64,000 nucleotides of DNA from Octopus vulgaris (taxonomy: Eukaryota): the NCBI GenBank assembly GCA_951406725.2, contig OX597815.1, positions 205,096,001-205,160,000 of the forward strand, given 5' to 3'. Of the stretch, positions 25,841 to 38,577 are shown one piece after another (position 1 is the stretch's first letter; each line of letters opens with the position of its first letter). Under the pieces are notes generated by a model. That model saw only the letters and a list, made by a program, of their open reading frames with translations, searched no databases and was not told where the DNA came from. The position numbers were made by a program, and so were the translations under genes.

Positions 25841-25995
25841 AATTCGCGTATGGTTGTTAAGCAATGGTAGAGTTTTGTGTGTAGAGAATAGCAAACACTG
25901 ACGCTACTAGACCAGGCTCTGACGAAGCTGTGTAGAAAAAAGACAATGTCTAAAGAAGTGGTACTTTAATACAATACAATTATACTCAGCGACAG

Positions 25996-26076
25996 TACCA
26001 CCACCACCACCACCACCACTACTACTACTACTACCACCACGACTACTACCACGACTACTACTGCTGCTGCTGCTAT

Positions 26077-26130
<54 letters not shown>

Positions 26131-26490
26131 GACTACTACTGCTGCTGCTGCTATTACTACTACTACTACTACTACCACCACGACTACTACCACGACTACT
26201 ACTGCTGCTGCTGCTATTACTACTACTAATACTACTACCACTACTACTACTACTACTACCACCACCACCACCACCACCACTACTACTACTACTACCACCA
26301 CGACTACTACCACGACTACTACTGCTGCTGCTGCTATTACTACTACTAATACTACTACCACCACGACTACTACCACGACTACTACTGCTGCTGCTGCTAT
26401 TACTACTACTAATACTACTACCACTACTACTACCACGACTACTACTGCTGCTGCTGCTATTACTACTACTAATACTACTACTACTACTAC
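25996..26490. repeat. Higher-order trinucleotide minisatellite
   Basis: Unit ACCACGACTACTACTGCTGCTGCTGCTATTACTACTACT recurs about six times with variable (CTA)/(CCA) spacers. Confidence 0.9.
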
Positions 26491-26521
26491 AGCTGTTGGT
26501 GGTGTAGTGATGGTGGTGGTG

Positions 26522-26553
<32 letters not shown>

Positions 26554-26675
26554 GGTAGTAATTTAGACGAGTTTCTAGGAATGTGATGTTTGTTTTGGTA
26601 GTCTTTAATTATGATGTTATCAACGATAATGTTTAGTGCGCTGCTAATTCCTCTCAAACAATTAACGACGACGAC

Positions 26676-26728
<53 letters not shown>

Positions 26729-27024
26729 CGATGATGATGCTGATCATCATCATCATCATCATCATCATCGCAGCGATAATAGTCGATGTAAGGGTAACAG
26801 TTGAGAAACTCTCCCGTTAAAATTAATCATCGTATCTTTTCAGTCGATCTTTCTATATTTCTTGCATATGTGAAGTCCTGCCTTCCGTTGCAAGATGCTT
26901 TCCTGGCACCGTTTTTCCTTGACCGTGTGTGTGTGTTGTGAGGTAATGAGCACAGAAAGGAGACAACGCGGTGGGGGGACTAGTTTTAACGAATGTTAGT
27001 TTAGCGCTTAATAAGAAGGGAAAG

Positions 27025-27065
27025 AATATTGACGTTTCAAACTCTAGTCCTTCATCAGGAAAAGT
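27025..27065 (-). ncRNA. Degenerate minimal hammerhead motif (family P1)
   Basis: Minus strand CTGATGA-A-GGAC taga GTTT-GAAA-CG-TC; stem I decayed. Confidence 0.45.
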
Positions 27066-27132
27066 ATAACAGAATAACAGATAAAAGATAGATATGTATA
27101 TAATTCTTTGTCTCGCCAACTAAGTAGAATAT

Positions 27133-27175
27133 GCTTCACTGAGGAGGTCTAATAAGACTGAAAGATGTCCGTTGT
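27133..27175 (+). ncRNA. Degenerate hammerhead motif (AATA-loop type)
   Basis: CTGAGGA-GGTCT aata AGACT-GAAA-GATG-TC; stem I not paired. Confidence 0.35.
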
Positions 27176-27786
27176 TTTTCCCAGTTGGCTTTATATAACA
27201 AATCCACTCTAATCTTCAGTGTTCTATATTGTCCAATAAAATTTCCTTAACTAAGCTTGTTGGGGTTGTATCCCTTACTTGTTGCATTTAGATTTAAAAC
27301 AATTCTCAACATTTTCACCTGACGGAATTTTTTTCAATACCCTGAATCAAATAAGTGAAACCATACAGAAATTTTATAGCCCCTGTGTCCAGGATTATTG
27401 GCAGACTCGTTAGTGCTTCAGACAAAACGACTTGCAACAGTTTGCTACAACCATTTACGTTCTCAGTTCAAATCCCGCCGCTGTCAATTGCACCTATCGT
27501 TCTTCCAAAGGGAAGGCAGTTTTTAAACTAAATATCCACGCAGCACCGGTACCGATTTGATATTCCTAAGTAGCATTCTATATTTGAATGAAATTATGAT
27601 AGAAGAACCATTTAATCCAATGACTCGGGAGCATCAATGTTCTTGATTGAGGATTTATATGCACCGTCATCTTAAGACATTGCCACACTGTGCGGTTGCC
27701 CAGGGGCCTCACGGCTCTAGGAATCCATTTCTGATGTATGTGCGCTGTGGCTTACTGTCAATAAATAAATACTGTTTGGACCCACT

Positions 27787-27980
27787 TGGAGGCACATGGC
27801 TTACAGGTTATGGTATTGGATTCGTAATCCTACGATTATGGTTTCGATTCTTGGACCGGGCGATGCGTGTGTTCATGTTGCTCAGCCCACTCAGCAAGTA
27901 AAACTGAGTAATCCCACGACGAATCGGTGTCCCATCCAGGGAGGAATATATACGCCAGAGAAACCGGGAAACCGATCCTG
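27787..27980 (+). mobile_element. SINE family C, degenerate
   Basis: tRNA-like head GGAGGCACATGGCTTACAGGTT...GGTTTCGATTC and AAACCGGGAAACCG tail. Confidence 0.7.
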
Positions 27981-28409
27981 CGCTTCCTTACAGAGTAAAT
28001 GTAGGCTAAACATAGGGCCTAGTGCATTGGTTTACCCGGTGGACTGCAATGCTACTAAAATGGCCTCGTTTGAATGTTGTACTTTAGCATTGCATTGGAC
28101 GTAACAGAGAAAACTAAAAATCTAAAGGACGTCGGACCGGATTCCTAGCGGTGTTTGTTCCATAGCGCTTTGGGTTCTGAGTTCAAAGCATTAGAATGAG
28201 AGAACTAATCCGTCGCCCGGTTGAACACCACCACCTGATACTTGAAAGCCTTTAACGTAGTCCGCTCTCTTGCAAACATTAGAGTCAGTTTGAGGATAAC
28301 TTCCTCTCCTCCTCCCTGTCTTCCTCTTCCCCCAATCTGTTTCAGAGATCCTGTAAAGGTTATAGGCTCTGCCATTTCATCCTGACTATAAGACGTATAA
28401 AATAAATAC

Positions 28410-28572
28410 GACGAGCTGGCAGAATCGCTAAGCACGCCGAGGAAAATGCTTCGCAGTATTTCGCCCGTTCATATGTTCTGAGTTCAAATTCCGCTGAGGC
28501 CGACTTTGCCTTTAATCCTTTCGAGGTCGATAAAATGAGTACTAGTTAAGCACTGAGGTCGATGCAATCGAT
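28410..28572 (+). mobile_element. SINE family B, 3'-truncated
   Basis: Head and core homology. Confidence 0.85.
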
Positions 28573-28574
28573 TT

Positions 28575-28779
28575 AACTACACCTGGGTAAGAGTATAAAA
28601 CCTGCACCCCTCTGCCAAGCCATGTCGAGCCAGTATGGTAGAGTAGGCTCATCAAACCAGTATGATCTCAAATTCAAATTCACGGTCTCCACATCAGACC
28701 GAGGTTGTGGGGGAGAACATGCTGAGGCATTCGTCCTGCAATGGACTGAACATGGGTAATCCAATCCAATCCAATCCAA
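28575..28779 (+). mobile_element. Unassigned retroposon 3' end with (CCAAT)n tail
   Basis: Ends in TAATCCAATCCAATCCAATCCAA, a tandem tail typical of non-LTR retroposons. Confidence 0.45.
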
Positions 28780-28799
28780 GATATAAAAAAAAAAGCCGA

Positions 28800-29168
28800 C
28801 TATGTGATTGTTAATTTATAGATTGCTGGAGATAAACTGAGTTCAAAGGAAGGTGTTAGGTTGCTTAGAACTTCGCATTGGCAGATCACAGCTCTGGTAC
28901 TACATACATGGGATTAGAATGTTGCAGGAAAGCATCGCAAGGCGGATTCTTAAAGCCGAACCAACCGGTAGGAGACCCAGAAGTGAACCAAAATGAGATG
29001 GTTGAATAATATCCATAATCTCAGTTGGTCATGCTTGTGAATTCAACCAGAAAATATAATGACGGCTGCTTCAGATACGACTCTGTGGAAGAGGTGCCTG
29101 AGGACTCTACCTTCCTACACCGGACGACCCTCCCAGAAATTGTGGACGAAGATGGGTAGATGAATTGA
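28800..29168 (+). mobile_element. RTE-clade (Expander/Rex3-like) LINE 3' fragment
   Basis: From 28871: LRIGRSQLWYYIHGIRMLQESIARRILKAEPTGRRPRS..RWLNNIHNLSWSCL*IQPE...LWKRCLRTLP, matching the IERSQLRW.GH..RM...PTGRRPRGRPRTRW pattern. Confidence 0.85.
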
Positions 29169-29391
29169 ACCAAGCAAGGCGAGCGACTACGGAAGGTGCC
29201 CTGTGCTTTTGTCGTTGTTGTTGCTGTTGCTGTTTTTGTTTTGCCCCAGGTCAGCCCTGATGAGACAAGCCTTTGACCTAAGGTGTTTCAATCAGATTTT
29301 CTATGAATGGAGTTATATGATAGAGAGCAACATCAGAGCTACCAAATACCTGTTGCAGGTGCTACGAACTGGCAAAATCGTTAATGGTATA

Positions 29392-29802
29392 CTCTCTCTC
29401 TCTCTCTTTTACTTGTTTCAGTCATTTGACTGCGGCCATGCTGGAGCACCGCCTTTAATCGAGCAACTCGACCCCGGGACTTATTCTTTTTGTAAGCCCA
29501 GTACTTATTCTATCGGTCTCTTTTGCCGAACCGCTAAGTAACGGGGACGTAAACACACCAGCATCGGTTGTCAAGCATTGCTAGGGGGACAAACACAGAC
29601 AAGCACATACACACACACACATATATATATATACATATATACGACGGGCTTCTTTTCAGTTTCCGTCTACCAAATCCACTCACAAGGCTTTGGTCGGCCC
29701 GAGACTATAGTAGAAGACACTTGCCCAAGGTGCCACGCAGTGGGACTGAACCCGGAACCATGTGGCTGGTAAACAAGCTACTTACCACACAGCCACTCCT
29801 GC
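29392..29802 (-). mobile_element. SINE family A inserted into a SINE family B copy (about 29360-29960)
   Basis: TSD GGTATA (29386-29391, 29803-29808); family B head on the left, core on the right. Confidence 0.9.
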
Positions 29803-30027
29803 GGTATATCGTCTGTCTTTACGTTCTGAGTTCAGATTCCGCCGAGGTCAACGTCTTTTGGGGGCCAATGAAATAAGTACCAGTTGAACATTGGGGTTGA
29901 TGTAATCGACTAATTCCTTGCCTCAAAATGTTCAGGCCTTGTGCCTATAATAGAAAGGATTATTTTTATTACAAATCAACTTTCGTTGTCACTCATACTG
30001 CTGTTGTTATTGTTGCTGCTGCTGTTG

Positions 30028-30480
30028 TTTAACCCTAGGTCAGCCCTGATCACTCCGTCTTTTTAAAACCAATCAATACGTTGTATAATGTACCTTTTTT
30101 TATTTTTTACTAAAAGTGTCGGACATGATTTGAGGGAGATTTGCTGGCTATTTCTAGCAGGTTGAGTGACTGCAGATGCTCCCTCATTAGCTAGTTGCCA
30201 TTATATTTGTTGTTGTTGTTGTTATTGTTTAACCCTGAGTCGACCTTGATCGAGCAGACCTGTGATCAAAGATGTTCCAACTGTGTCTATTCCATTTTTA
30301 AGATGTTTGGGTGTGAGTCGAGGGAGCTGTGGCTGCTATTTCTACACGTCGAGCAACCTTTTTTCTTCTTTTTTTTTTTCAATGTGTAGGAAACACAGCG
30401 TTGTATTATCCGACATATCCAGACAATGGGATGTGGGATTTGAGGGGATATTGGCTGCTATTTCTAGGAGGTCGAAGTAA
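30028..30480 (+). repeat. Cluster of an older dispersed repeat (family D)
   Basis: Motifs AACCCYAGGTCAGCCCTGATC.. and GATTTGAGGGAGATTTGGCTGCTATTTCTAGCAGGTCGAG recur here and near 12055, 12780, 19640, 23707, 24085, 29243, 42428, 44150 and 61010. Confidence 0.65.
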
Positions 30481-30604
30481 CTTACTGGTGCCAGAATTTT
30501 GGTAATTCTGTACAATTTAACAACAGGTAAGCCTGCTGCTGCTGATGATGATGATGATATTTCTTCTACAGCTGTACTATTACTGCTACAACTGGTACCA
30601 TTTA

Positions 30605-30940
30605 TTTATTTCTATGTTGCCCACGGGTGGGGGGTGCTAAACATAGAGGGGACAAACAAGGACAGACTAAGGGACAAAGTCGACCTCGGCAGAATTTGAA
30701 CTCAGAACGTAGCGGCAGACGAACTACCTATTTCTTTACTACCCACAAGGGGCTAAACACAGAGGGGGACGAACAAGGACAGACAAACGGATTAAGTCGA
30801 TTACACCGACCCTAGTGCGTAACTGGTACTTATTTAATCGACCCCCGAAAGGATGAAAGGCAAAGTCGACCTCCGCGGAATTTGAACTCAGAACGTAACG
30901 GCAGACGAAGTACTGCTAAGCATTTCACCCGGCGCGCTAA
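30605..30940 (-). mobile_element. SINE family B dimer (second unit internally deleted)
   Basis: Junction AAAGAAATA|GGTAGTTCG on the minus strand at 30729/30728. Confidence 0.85.
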
Positions 30941-30959
30941 AGCTGGTGCCATTTATTAT

Positions 30960-31085
30960 TACTACTACTACTACTACCATCACCAACAATAACAACAACA
31001 ACAGCCACACTGCTACTGCTACTGCGCTACAGCTGCTACTACTACTACTACTACTACTACTATACTACTACTACTACTACTACTA

Positions 31086-31120
<35 letters not shown>

Positions 31121-31222
31121 AACTACTACTACTACTACTACTATACTACTACTACTAGTACTGCTACTACTATACTACTACTACTACTACTACTAGTACT
31201 ACTACTGCTACTACTACTACTA

Positions 31223-31260
<38 letters not shown>

Positions 31261-31431
31261 TACTACTACTACTACGACTATACTACTACTACTACTACAT
31301 CTACTACTACAACTACTACTACTACAACAACTACTACTACTACTATTACAACTACAACTACTACTACTACCACCACTACTACTACTACTACAACTACTAC
31401 TACTACCTCTACTACTACTACTACTACTACT
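30960..31431. repeat. (CTA)n microsatellite with interruptions
   Basis: Direct reading. Confidence 0.95.
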
Positions 31432-32196
31432 GTCGGTATTTGCTAATACGACTATTGTTGTTACAAATCCAGTCATGCTGTCATTGTGTTGTTGTTGTTG
31501 TTACTGCTCCTTGCAGGCTGTCACCTTCATCTCGGTTCGTGAAACCATCAGCTTTTAATATTCAAAATTGTTATTTTACTGTTTTTTGTTATGTCTTTTT
31601 TGTTTTGTGTTTTTGTTTTTGTTTTCTCGCGACACCGGGGACTGGGTTCTTTAGGATTCGCTTGAGTAAAATTCCCGGGCAACAGCCGTCTATTCGCCGC
31701 CACCACTTTACAACCACCATCACCGCCACCGCCACACAACCCTCTTTTTTTTTTTTTTTTTTTAACTGACTGAAATCGTTGGAATAAAGAAGAGAAACAG
31801 CCTTTGTTTTGGTTTTGGATGTTGGCTTTCGCCTGTGCTTTTATTTCATTTCTTTCAGTCATTGAACTGCGGCCATGCCGGAGCACTTGCTCAGAGGACT
31901 TCAGTCAATCAAAACGCCAATGAAATCTATTTTAAATCTATATATATTTGTTCAATTTCTCTCTAACTCTCTCCCTCTCCCCCTTTCTTTCTCTTTCTCT
32001 CGCCCTCTCTCCCTTTCTTTCTCTCTCCCACCTTTTTTTGCGGAACTGCTAGGTTACAGGGACGTTAACAAACCCACATCGGCTGTCAAGAGACGAGAAA
32101 CAAATACAAACACGCATGTACACAAATACATAGATATGCACACACAACATGAACACACTCACGTATACACATCCCTAAACACATATATATATATAT

Positions 32197-32420
32197 ATTT
32201 CTTTACTACCCACAAGGGGCTAAACACAGAGAGGACAAACAAGGACAGACAAACGGATTAAGTCGATTACATCGACCCCAGTAACTGGTACTTAATTTAT
32301 CGACCCCGAAAAGATGAAAGGCAAAGTCGACCTCGGCGGAATTTGAACTCAGAACGTAACGGCAGACGAAATACGGCTACGCATTTCGCCCGGCGTGCTA
32401 ACGTTTCTGCCAGCTCGCCG
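32197..32420 (-). mobile_element. SINE family B, full length
   Basis: Homology to 12119-12348. Confidence 0.9.
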
Positions 32421-33062
32421 ATGCGCGTGAGTGTGTGTATGCACGTGAGTGTATGTATGTATGTATGTATGTATGTATGTATGTATGTATGTATGAATGA
32501 ATGAATGAATGAATGAATGAATGAGTGAATGAATGTACGTGCGTACATACGTACAAGAGTTTCCGTCTATCGTATTCACTTACAAATCCCTGATCGGCTT
32601 GAAGCTATTGCAGAAGACCTTTACCCATTGCCGTGCAGTAAGGATTAACGCCGAACCCACGTGGCTGCGAAGCGATCTTCTTAACTGCACGTACCATCCC
32701 TGCTCATTTGCTTGCCATAATTTTGTAACTCGAAGTCAGCTCTGATTGGGCAATAACTATGATCAAATGTTTTCTGGACGTGACCAACCAGTCTCTTTTT
32801 ATACATCCAATGACTTAGGTTCTCCCGTGAGGACTAGACTTTAGAAAACAAGTATTGGGGTCAATTTGTTCAACTAGACTGATCAATGTTGTGCCCCAGC
32901 ATGGCTGCAGTACTATTTTCTAAAGCCTGGTAATTATTCCATCGGTTCATTTTGCCGATCCACAAAGTTACGAGAACGTAATGAAACTAAAAGCAGTTGT
33001 CAAGCGGTTGTGAGACACACACATTCAAAATGTGACCGCGTGTGTACTGAAACAAGTTAGAG

Positions 33063-33173
33063 TATGGACCCCTTTAATTACTATTTTATCTTGGTGGACC
33101 CCCATAGCCATTCGATGTTTAAAAACTTATATGGACCCTCAGGAGCCATATGAACGCCGGTTGAGAACCACTG
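33063..33173 (+). mobile_element. hAT-Charlie MITE family H2, right part
   Basis: Ends GGTTGAGAACCACTG; internal homology to 59171-59423. Confidence 0.7.
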
Positions 33174-33257
33174 ATGTAGAGCCATCCAGTGGTATAGGTA
33201 ATCGGGGAGCAAGGAGAGCGACCGCTGCTCGCGAGCAGATTTTTCAAAATTAGCGAC

Positions 33258-33694
33258 TTTACTCTCTTTACTCTTTTACTCTTTTACTTGTTTCAGTTAT
33301 TTGACTGTGGCCATGCTGGAGTACCGCCTTTCGTCCAGCAAATCGACCCCAGGACTTATTCTTTGGAAGCCTAGTACTTATTCTATCGGTCTCTTTTGCC
33401 GAACCGCTAAGTTACTAGGACGTAAACACACCAGCATCGGTTGTCAGGTGATGTTGGGGGGACAAACACAGACACGCAAACACACACACACACACAGACA
33501 CACACATATATATATATATATAAACATGTATACGACAGGCTTCTTTCGGTTTCCGTCTACCAAATCCACTCACAAGGTTTTGGTCGGCCCGAGGTTATGG
33601 TAGAAGACACTTGCCCAAGGTGCCACACAGTGGGACTGAACCCGGAACCATGTGGTTCGTAAGCAAGCTACTTACCACACAGCCACTTCCACGC
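33258..33694 (-). mobile_element. SINE family A, full length
   Basis: Homology to 1204-1620. Confidence 0.92.
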
Positions 33695-34057
33695 ACTTTT
33701 TTAAAAATTATTTTTTTTCGTTAATCGCATGGCTCTGGAAGAACTTTCTGGAGCCATAACTTCATTTGACCCATATCCCGTGCTTTTGAACTGTCTGCTC
33801 AAACTCCTGTTATGCATTAGTTGGCTACTGACATCTGAAGAACCTAAACAGACCCAGAAATCACTACTTCTCGACGCTGGACGATCTCTTGGAGTTGCAT
33901 CTTTTTCATGTCACACCTATATATCAGTAGTTGTAAGTTCCATAGACAATGACATTGTTACTGCAACATGAAATTAATGAATGCAAAACACAATTACCTA
34001 TAATTAAAGAAATATTTAGCGCAATGTAAGAGAAATGAGTTAAAAATCGTATGGTAT

Positions 34058-34272
34058 CTCTTTTACTCTTTTACTGGTTTCAGTCATTTGACTGCGGCCA
34101 TGCTGGAGCACCGCCTTTAGTCGAGCAAATCGACCCCGGGACTTATTCTTTGAAAGCCCAGTACTTATTCTATCGATCTCTTTTGCCGAACCGTTAAGTT
34201 ACGGGGACGTAAACACACCAGCATCGGTTGTCAAGCAATGCTAGGGGGACAAACACAGGCACACAAACATAT

Positions 34273-34342
<70 letters not shown>

Positions 34343-34504
34343 GACAGGCTTCTTTCAGTTTCCGTCTACCAAATCCACTCACAAGGCATTGGTCGGCCCG
34401 GGGCTATAGCAGAAGACACTTGCCCAAGATGCCACGCAGTGGGACTGAACCCGGAACCATGTGGTTGGTTAGCAAGCTACTTACCACACAGCCACTCCTG
34501 CGCC
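34058..34504 (-). mobile_element. SINE family A, full length
   Basis: Homology to 1204-1620. Confidence 0.92.
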
Positions 34505-35845
34505 TGTGTCACATCGCCTTTTTTTTTATTAGTGTGCTCCCTTCCCCTAACTTTAAAACATGGCTGCACCTCTGGAGCCATCCTTACCAATTCAGGCATT
34601 AAAATCCCCTAGGAGGAGGATTAGCTTGTCTTTGCTTGGCATTCCTCAAATTACTCCACTGAGGTCATCATAGAGAAGGCTACTTTTGATTCATCCGTGT
34701 AGGTCATGGTTGAGGCGTAGGGTACTTTACAATGGTGGCATGCGTACCGCCAACGAGACGGTCATTGATTCCTTTTGGCAGTGATTTGAGCCTGTTTTGC
34801 AAGCCGAGACTATTACATTGGTAACGGTGAGTGATACTGTGGACTGGAATTTGAAAAAGGAAAAAAAACAAACAATATTAATAATATATATAAATACAAT
34901 TAAAACCAATAAATAGTTTTAAGCCTTTTAAGATAGGGGAGAGAGAGGAGGAAGAGAGATGGGGGTCGGGTAGTCGTTAGCGTTGGTTCCATTAGTTATC
35001 GAGTTACTGTTTATGGTGTTTTTTTGGTGTTGTTTAGGAGCGGAAAAAGGCAGTTTCACAGTTTACTGCTTGTTTGAAACACTACCAGCAAATAAAAATC
35101 ATAAAATACCAGCTACGTCGTACCTCGATAGGAGAAGGTGGAGACCCAAAGGGTGGTGCTGGAGTTAGAGTGAGAGAGAGAGGGGGGGGAGGGAGAGACA
35201 GCCAGTGCTGATGATGTTAGTGGTGGTGGTGGTAGTGGTGGCGATGCTGGTGAGGTGGTGGTGGTGGTGGTGGTAGTGGCGATGCTGGTGAGGTGGTGGT
35301 GGTGGTGGTGATAGTGGCGATGCTGGTGAGGTGGTGGTGGCGGTGATGTTAGTGGTGATAGTCGTAATGATAGTAAAGGTGTTTTATAGTGTTGTTGGTG
35401 GTAGTGATGATGGTGATGGTGTGGTGGTGGTGGTGGTGGTGATAGTGGTGGTGGTGGTGGTTGTGGTAGGGTGATGTTAGTAATAGTAGTCGTCGTGGTT
35501 ATAATGATGGCATTATATAGTGGTAGTATTGTTGTTGTTGTTCTTGTTGTTGTTGGTGGTGGTGGTGGTTATGGTAATGTTGGTATAGTGGCAGTCAGGG
35601 TTATGCTGGTTGTGGTAATTTTAGTAGTTGTCATAATGTCGGTGATGATGATGATGATGATGATGATGATGTTAGTGGAGATGATAAACGAGACAAAATG
35701 TTTTGTTTTTAATTTACTTACAATTGTTTTGTTTTTGTTTTGTTCTGTTTTTTTTTAATTTTCTGGTATATTTCTGTATCGCAATGTAGAAATATATGCA
35801 TATCGAAGTACATTTCTATATTATGTTAAAACATAAGTAGTTATA

Positions 35846-36235
35846 GGCGCAGGAGTGGCTGTGTGGTAAGTAGCTTGCTAACCAACCACATGGTTCCGGG
35901 TTCAGTCCCACTGCGTGACACCTTGGGCAAGTGTCTTCTGCTATAGCCCCGGGCTGACCAATGCCTTGTGAGTGGATTTGGTAGACGGAAACTGAAAGAA
36001 GCCTGTCGTATATATGTATATATATATATGTGTATGTGTGTGTGTGTTTGTCCCCCTAGCATTGCTTGACAACTGATGGTGGTGTGTTTAGTTCCCCGTC
36101 ACTTAGCGGTTCGGCATAAGAGACCGATAGAATAAGTACTGAGCTTACGAAGAATAAGTCCCGGGGACGATTTGCTCGACTAAAGGCAGTGCTCCAGCAT
36201 GGCCGCAGTCAAATGACTGAAACAAGTAAAAGAGT
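35846..36235 (+). mobile_element. SINE family A, full length
   Basis: Homology to 1204-1620. Confidence 0.92.
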
Positions 36236-36811
36236 ATAGTGAATCTTTTCGAATCAGGATTCACCTCCAAGTCCTGTGCAAAACGGCAGAAGTCACTGCA
36301 AGACCGGTTTCTCGATCATTATCCTTCGTCACTTTCCGTTAAACTTCGCCGTCTGGCTTTAAAAGCTTTATAGCTATTTAAAACATTCTGCGTAGCTTCC
36401 AAGTGGATGTATCAATTAGCACATTGTGCTTAGTTTGACAACTGTTAAAATTATCTTTATCGCAACTAAACACAGAATGAAAACTAAAACATTTTATGTT
36501 CGAGTTGTACGTATAATTTATATATGTTGAGTAAGGTGATTCTTTAAGGCTATCGAAACAACATCAGCGATGCTTCGAATACCACAGCTAAATGTTAACT
36601 CTAGCTGTATACATCAACTTGTGGATTAATTAATTAATCATAGCATTTCTGTTTTTTTTTTTTTGACCCAGCCGATAGATCAAATGACACTGCTTCATTA
36701 TATCATATAAGATTGTATTTGTAAACATTTTAATTACATTTTAATTATCTGACAAGTGATTTGATATGAGACTGGATGTTGTGGTTAAAATAATTTCAGT
36801 CATATTAGCCA

Positions 36812-36852
<41 letters not shown>

Positions 36853-36944
36853 TTAGTAGCTTCAGTTCTCTGGAAGCACTAGATTCGATGTGGTGTAATA
36901 TAAAGTGATTGGCTCCTTGTTTCTCTGAGATTGGCCCAGTGATG

Positions 36945-36997
36945 TAGATACCTCTGATGAGGACCTAATAAGGATCGAAACTCGATTAAGTTGTTTG
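36945..36997 (+). ncRNA. Hammerhead motif with canonical CUGAUGA core, partly decayed
   Basis: GATACCT-CTGATGA-GGACCT aata AGGATC-GAAA-C TCGA T-TA-AGTTGTT; palindromic TCGA loop III. Confidence 0.55.
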
Positions 36998-37030
36998 TCA
37001 TTGCTTCCAATCTACGGTAAATTTGACCTG

Positions 37031-37324
37031 GGATCTTTTCCATTTGATGGACGGAATTTCTAGTTAACTAAACAATTTGAAACTTCGTATACTGGTAGAA
37101 TGTGTCAAAAGAAAACATTATTTTCACTTGGCTTTTTTGAGAAAATTGTATTTTGTAAGTTTAACGTAGTTTAATTCTTCGAATTTTAACCAATGAATTG
37201 CCAGCATTTGAGCTAAAATCATTTGCTGCGTTAATAATGTTTTCTTTTGACACATTCTACCAGTATACGAAGTTTCAAATTGTTTAGTTAACTAGAAATT
37301 CCGTCCATCAAAAGGAAAAGATCC
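37031..37324. mobile_element. MITE with 92-bp TIRs starting GGATC and an 8-bp TSD
   Basis: 37031-37122 versus 37233-37324 (1 mismatch); flanks TTGACCTG / TTGACATG. Confidence 0.85.
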
Positions 37325-37375
37325 TTGACATGTTTGTATGACTATACTGTGAAGGCTTGTGTGTGTAGGGGGTGG

Positions 37376-37655
37376 GGAGAAGGTGCGTGACTAAATGGTT
37401 AGGGCATTCGGCTCACAATCGTAAGGTCGTGAGTTCACTTCTCGGCGTTGCGTTGTGTCCTCGAACACGACATTTCATTTCGCGTTGCTCCAGTTCACTC
37501 CGCTGGCAAAAATTAGCAGTACATGTAATTCAAAGGGCCAGACTTGTCACGTTCTGTGTCACGCAGAATCTCCATGAGAACTACGTTGAGAGTACACGTG
37601 TCTGTGGAGTATTCAGCCACTTGCACGTTAATTTCACGAGCACGCTGTTACGTTG
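37376..37655 (+). mobile_element. SINE family C (tail type 2)
   Basis: tRNA-like head, CORE-like segment, tail homologous to 47065-47390. Confidence 0.85.
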
Positions 37656-38007
37656 TGTGTGTATGTGTGTGTGTAAAACTTCTAATATCTGGAGGTGAGA
37701 CCCTTTACTGCTATTATTGTTTTTTTCGAGAGAACTCCATCATTTCCAAATTTCCTTTTTGCTATTCTAACCTTTAACAATGATGATGATATTTTTGTGA
37801 GTGTAGTTTTTAATCTATAGTATGAAAGTGTTCGTGGAATAGTCCTGTGAGTGAGCTTTTGAGAAGCATGTGTGATGGAATACCAGAAGGCAATTTTTAA
37901 ACAAATAATTTAATAAACTAAATTATCATAAGAGCTTAACAAGTAATAAGAGCGTAGCCTGTGTATATGCATGAGTCGAGAACACCTTTCAATTTGAAAT
38001 TTATCCA

Positions 38008-38172
38008 GGTGCAGGAGTGGCTGTGTGGTAAGTAGCTTGCTAACCAACCACATGGTTCCGGGTTCAGTCCCACTGCGTGGCATCTTAGGCAAGTGTCTTC
38101 TGCTATAGCCCCGGGCCGACCAATGCCTTGTGAGTGGATTTGGTAGACGGAAACTGAAAGAAGCCTGTCGTA

Positions 38173-38233
<61 letters not shown>

Positions 38234-38418
38234 TTGTGTGTTTGCTTGACAACCGATGCTGGTGTGTTTACGTCCCCGTCACTTAGCGGTTCGGCAAAAG
38301 AGACCGATAGAATAAGTACTGGGCTCACAAAAGAATAAGTCCCGGGGTCGATTTGCTCGACTAAAGGCGGTGCTCCAGCATGGCCGCAGTCAAATGACTG
38401 AAACAAGTAAAAGAGTAA
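38008..38418 (+). mobile_element. SINE family A, full length
   Basis: Homology to 1204-1620. Confidence 0.92.
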
Positions 38419-38577
38419 ACAGTATTCCAAAATGGATAAATCGATGTTTGGCAATGAGAATTCAGCTGTTCGATCAAAAGAATTACTTGCCTTTGAATTA
38501 ATGTGGAAGTGGCTGCACATTCCATAATTCCATAAATATATGTGCCATTTAGGGGTAGGTGGAAAGGGTTGTAAAAT

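Noticed and set aside
25845-25920. GCAATGGTAGA resembling part of miR-182
   Set aside because: The seed-bearing 5' end does not match and no pre-miRNA hairpin forms.
33700-33920. Open frames of about 70-80 codons on both strands of a unique segment
   Set aside because: No recognisable motif and no convincing splice acceptor or donor.
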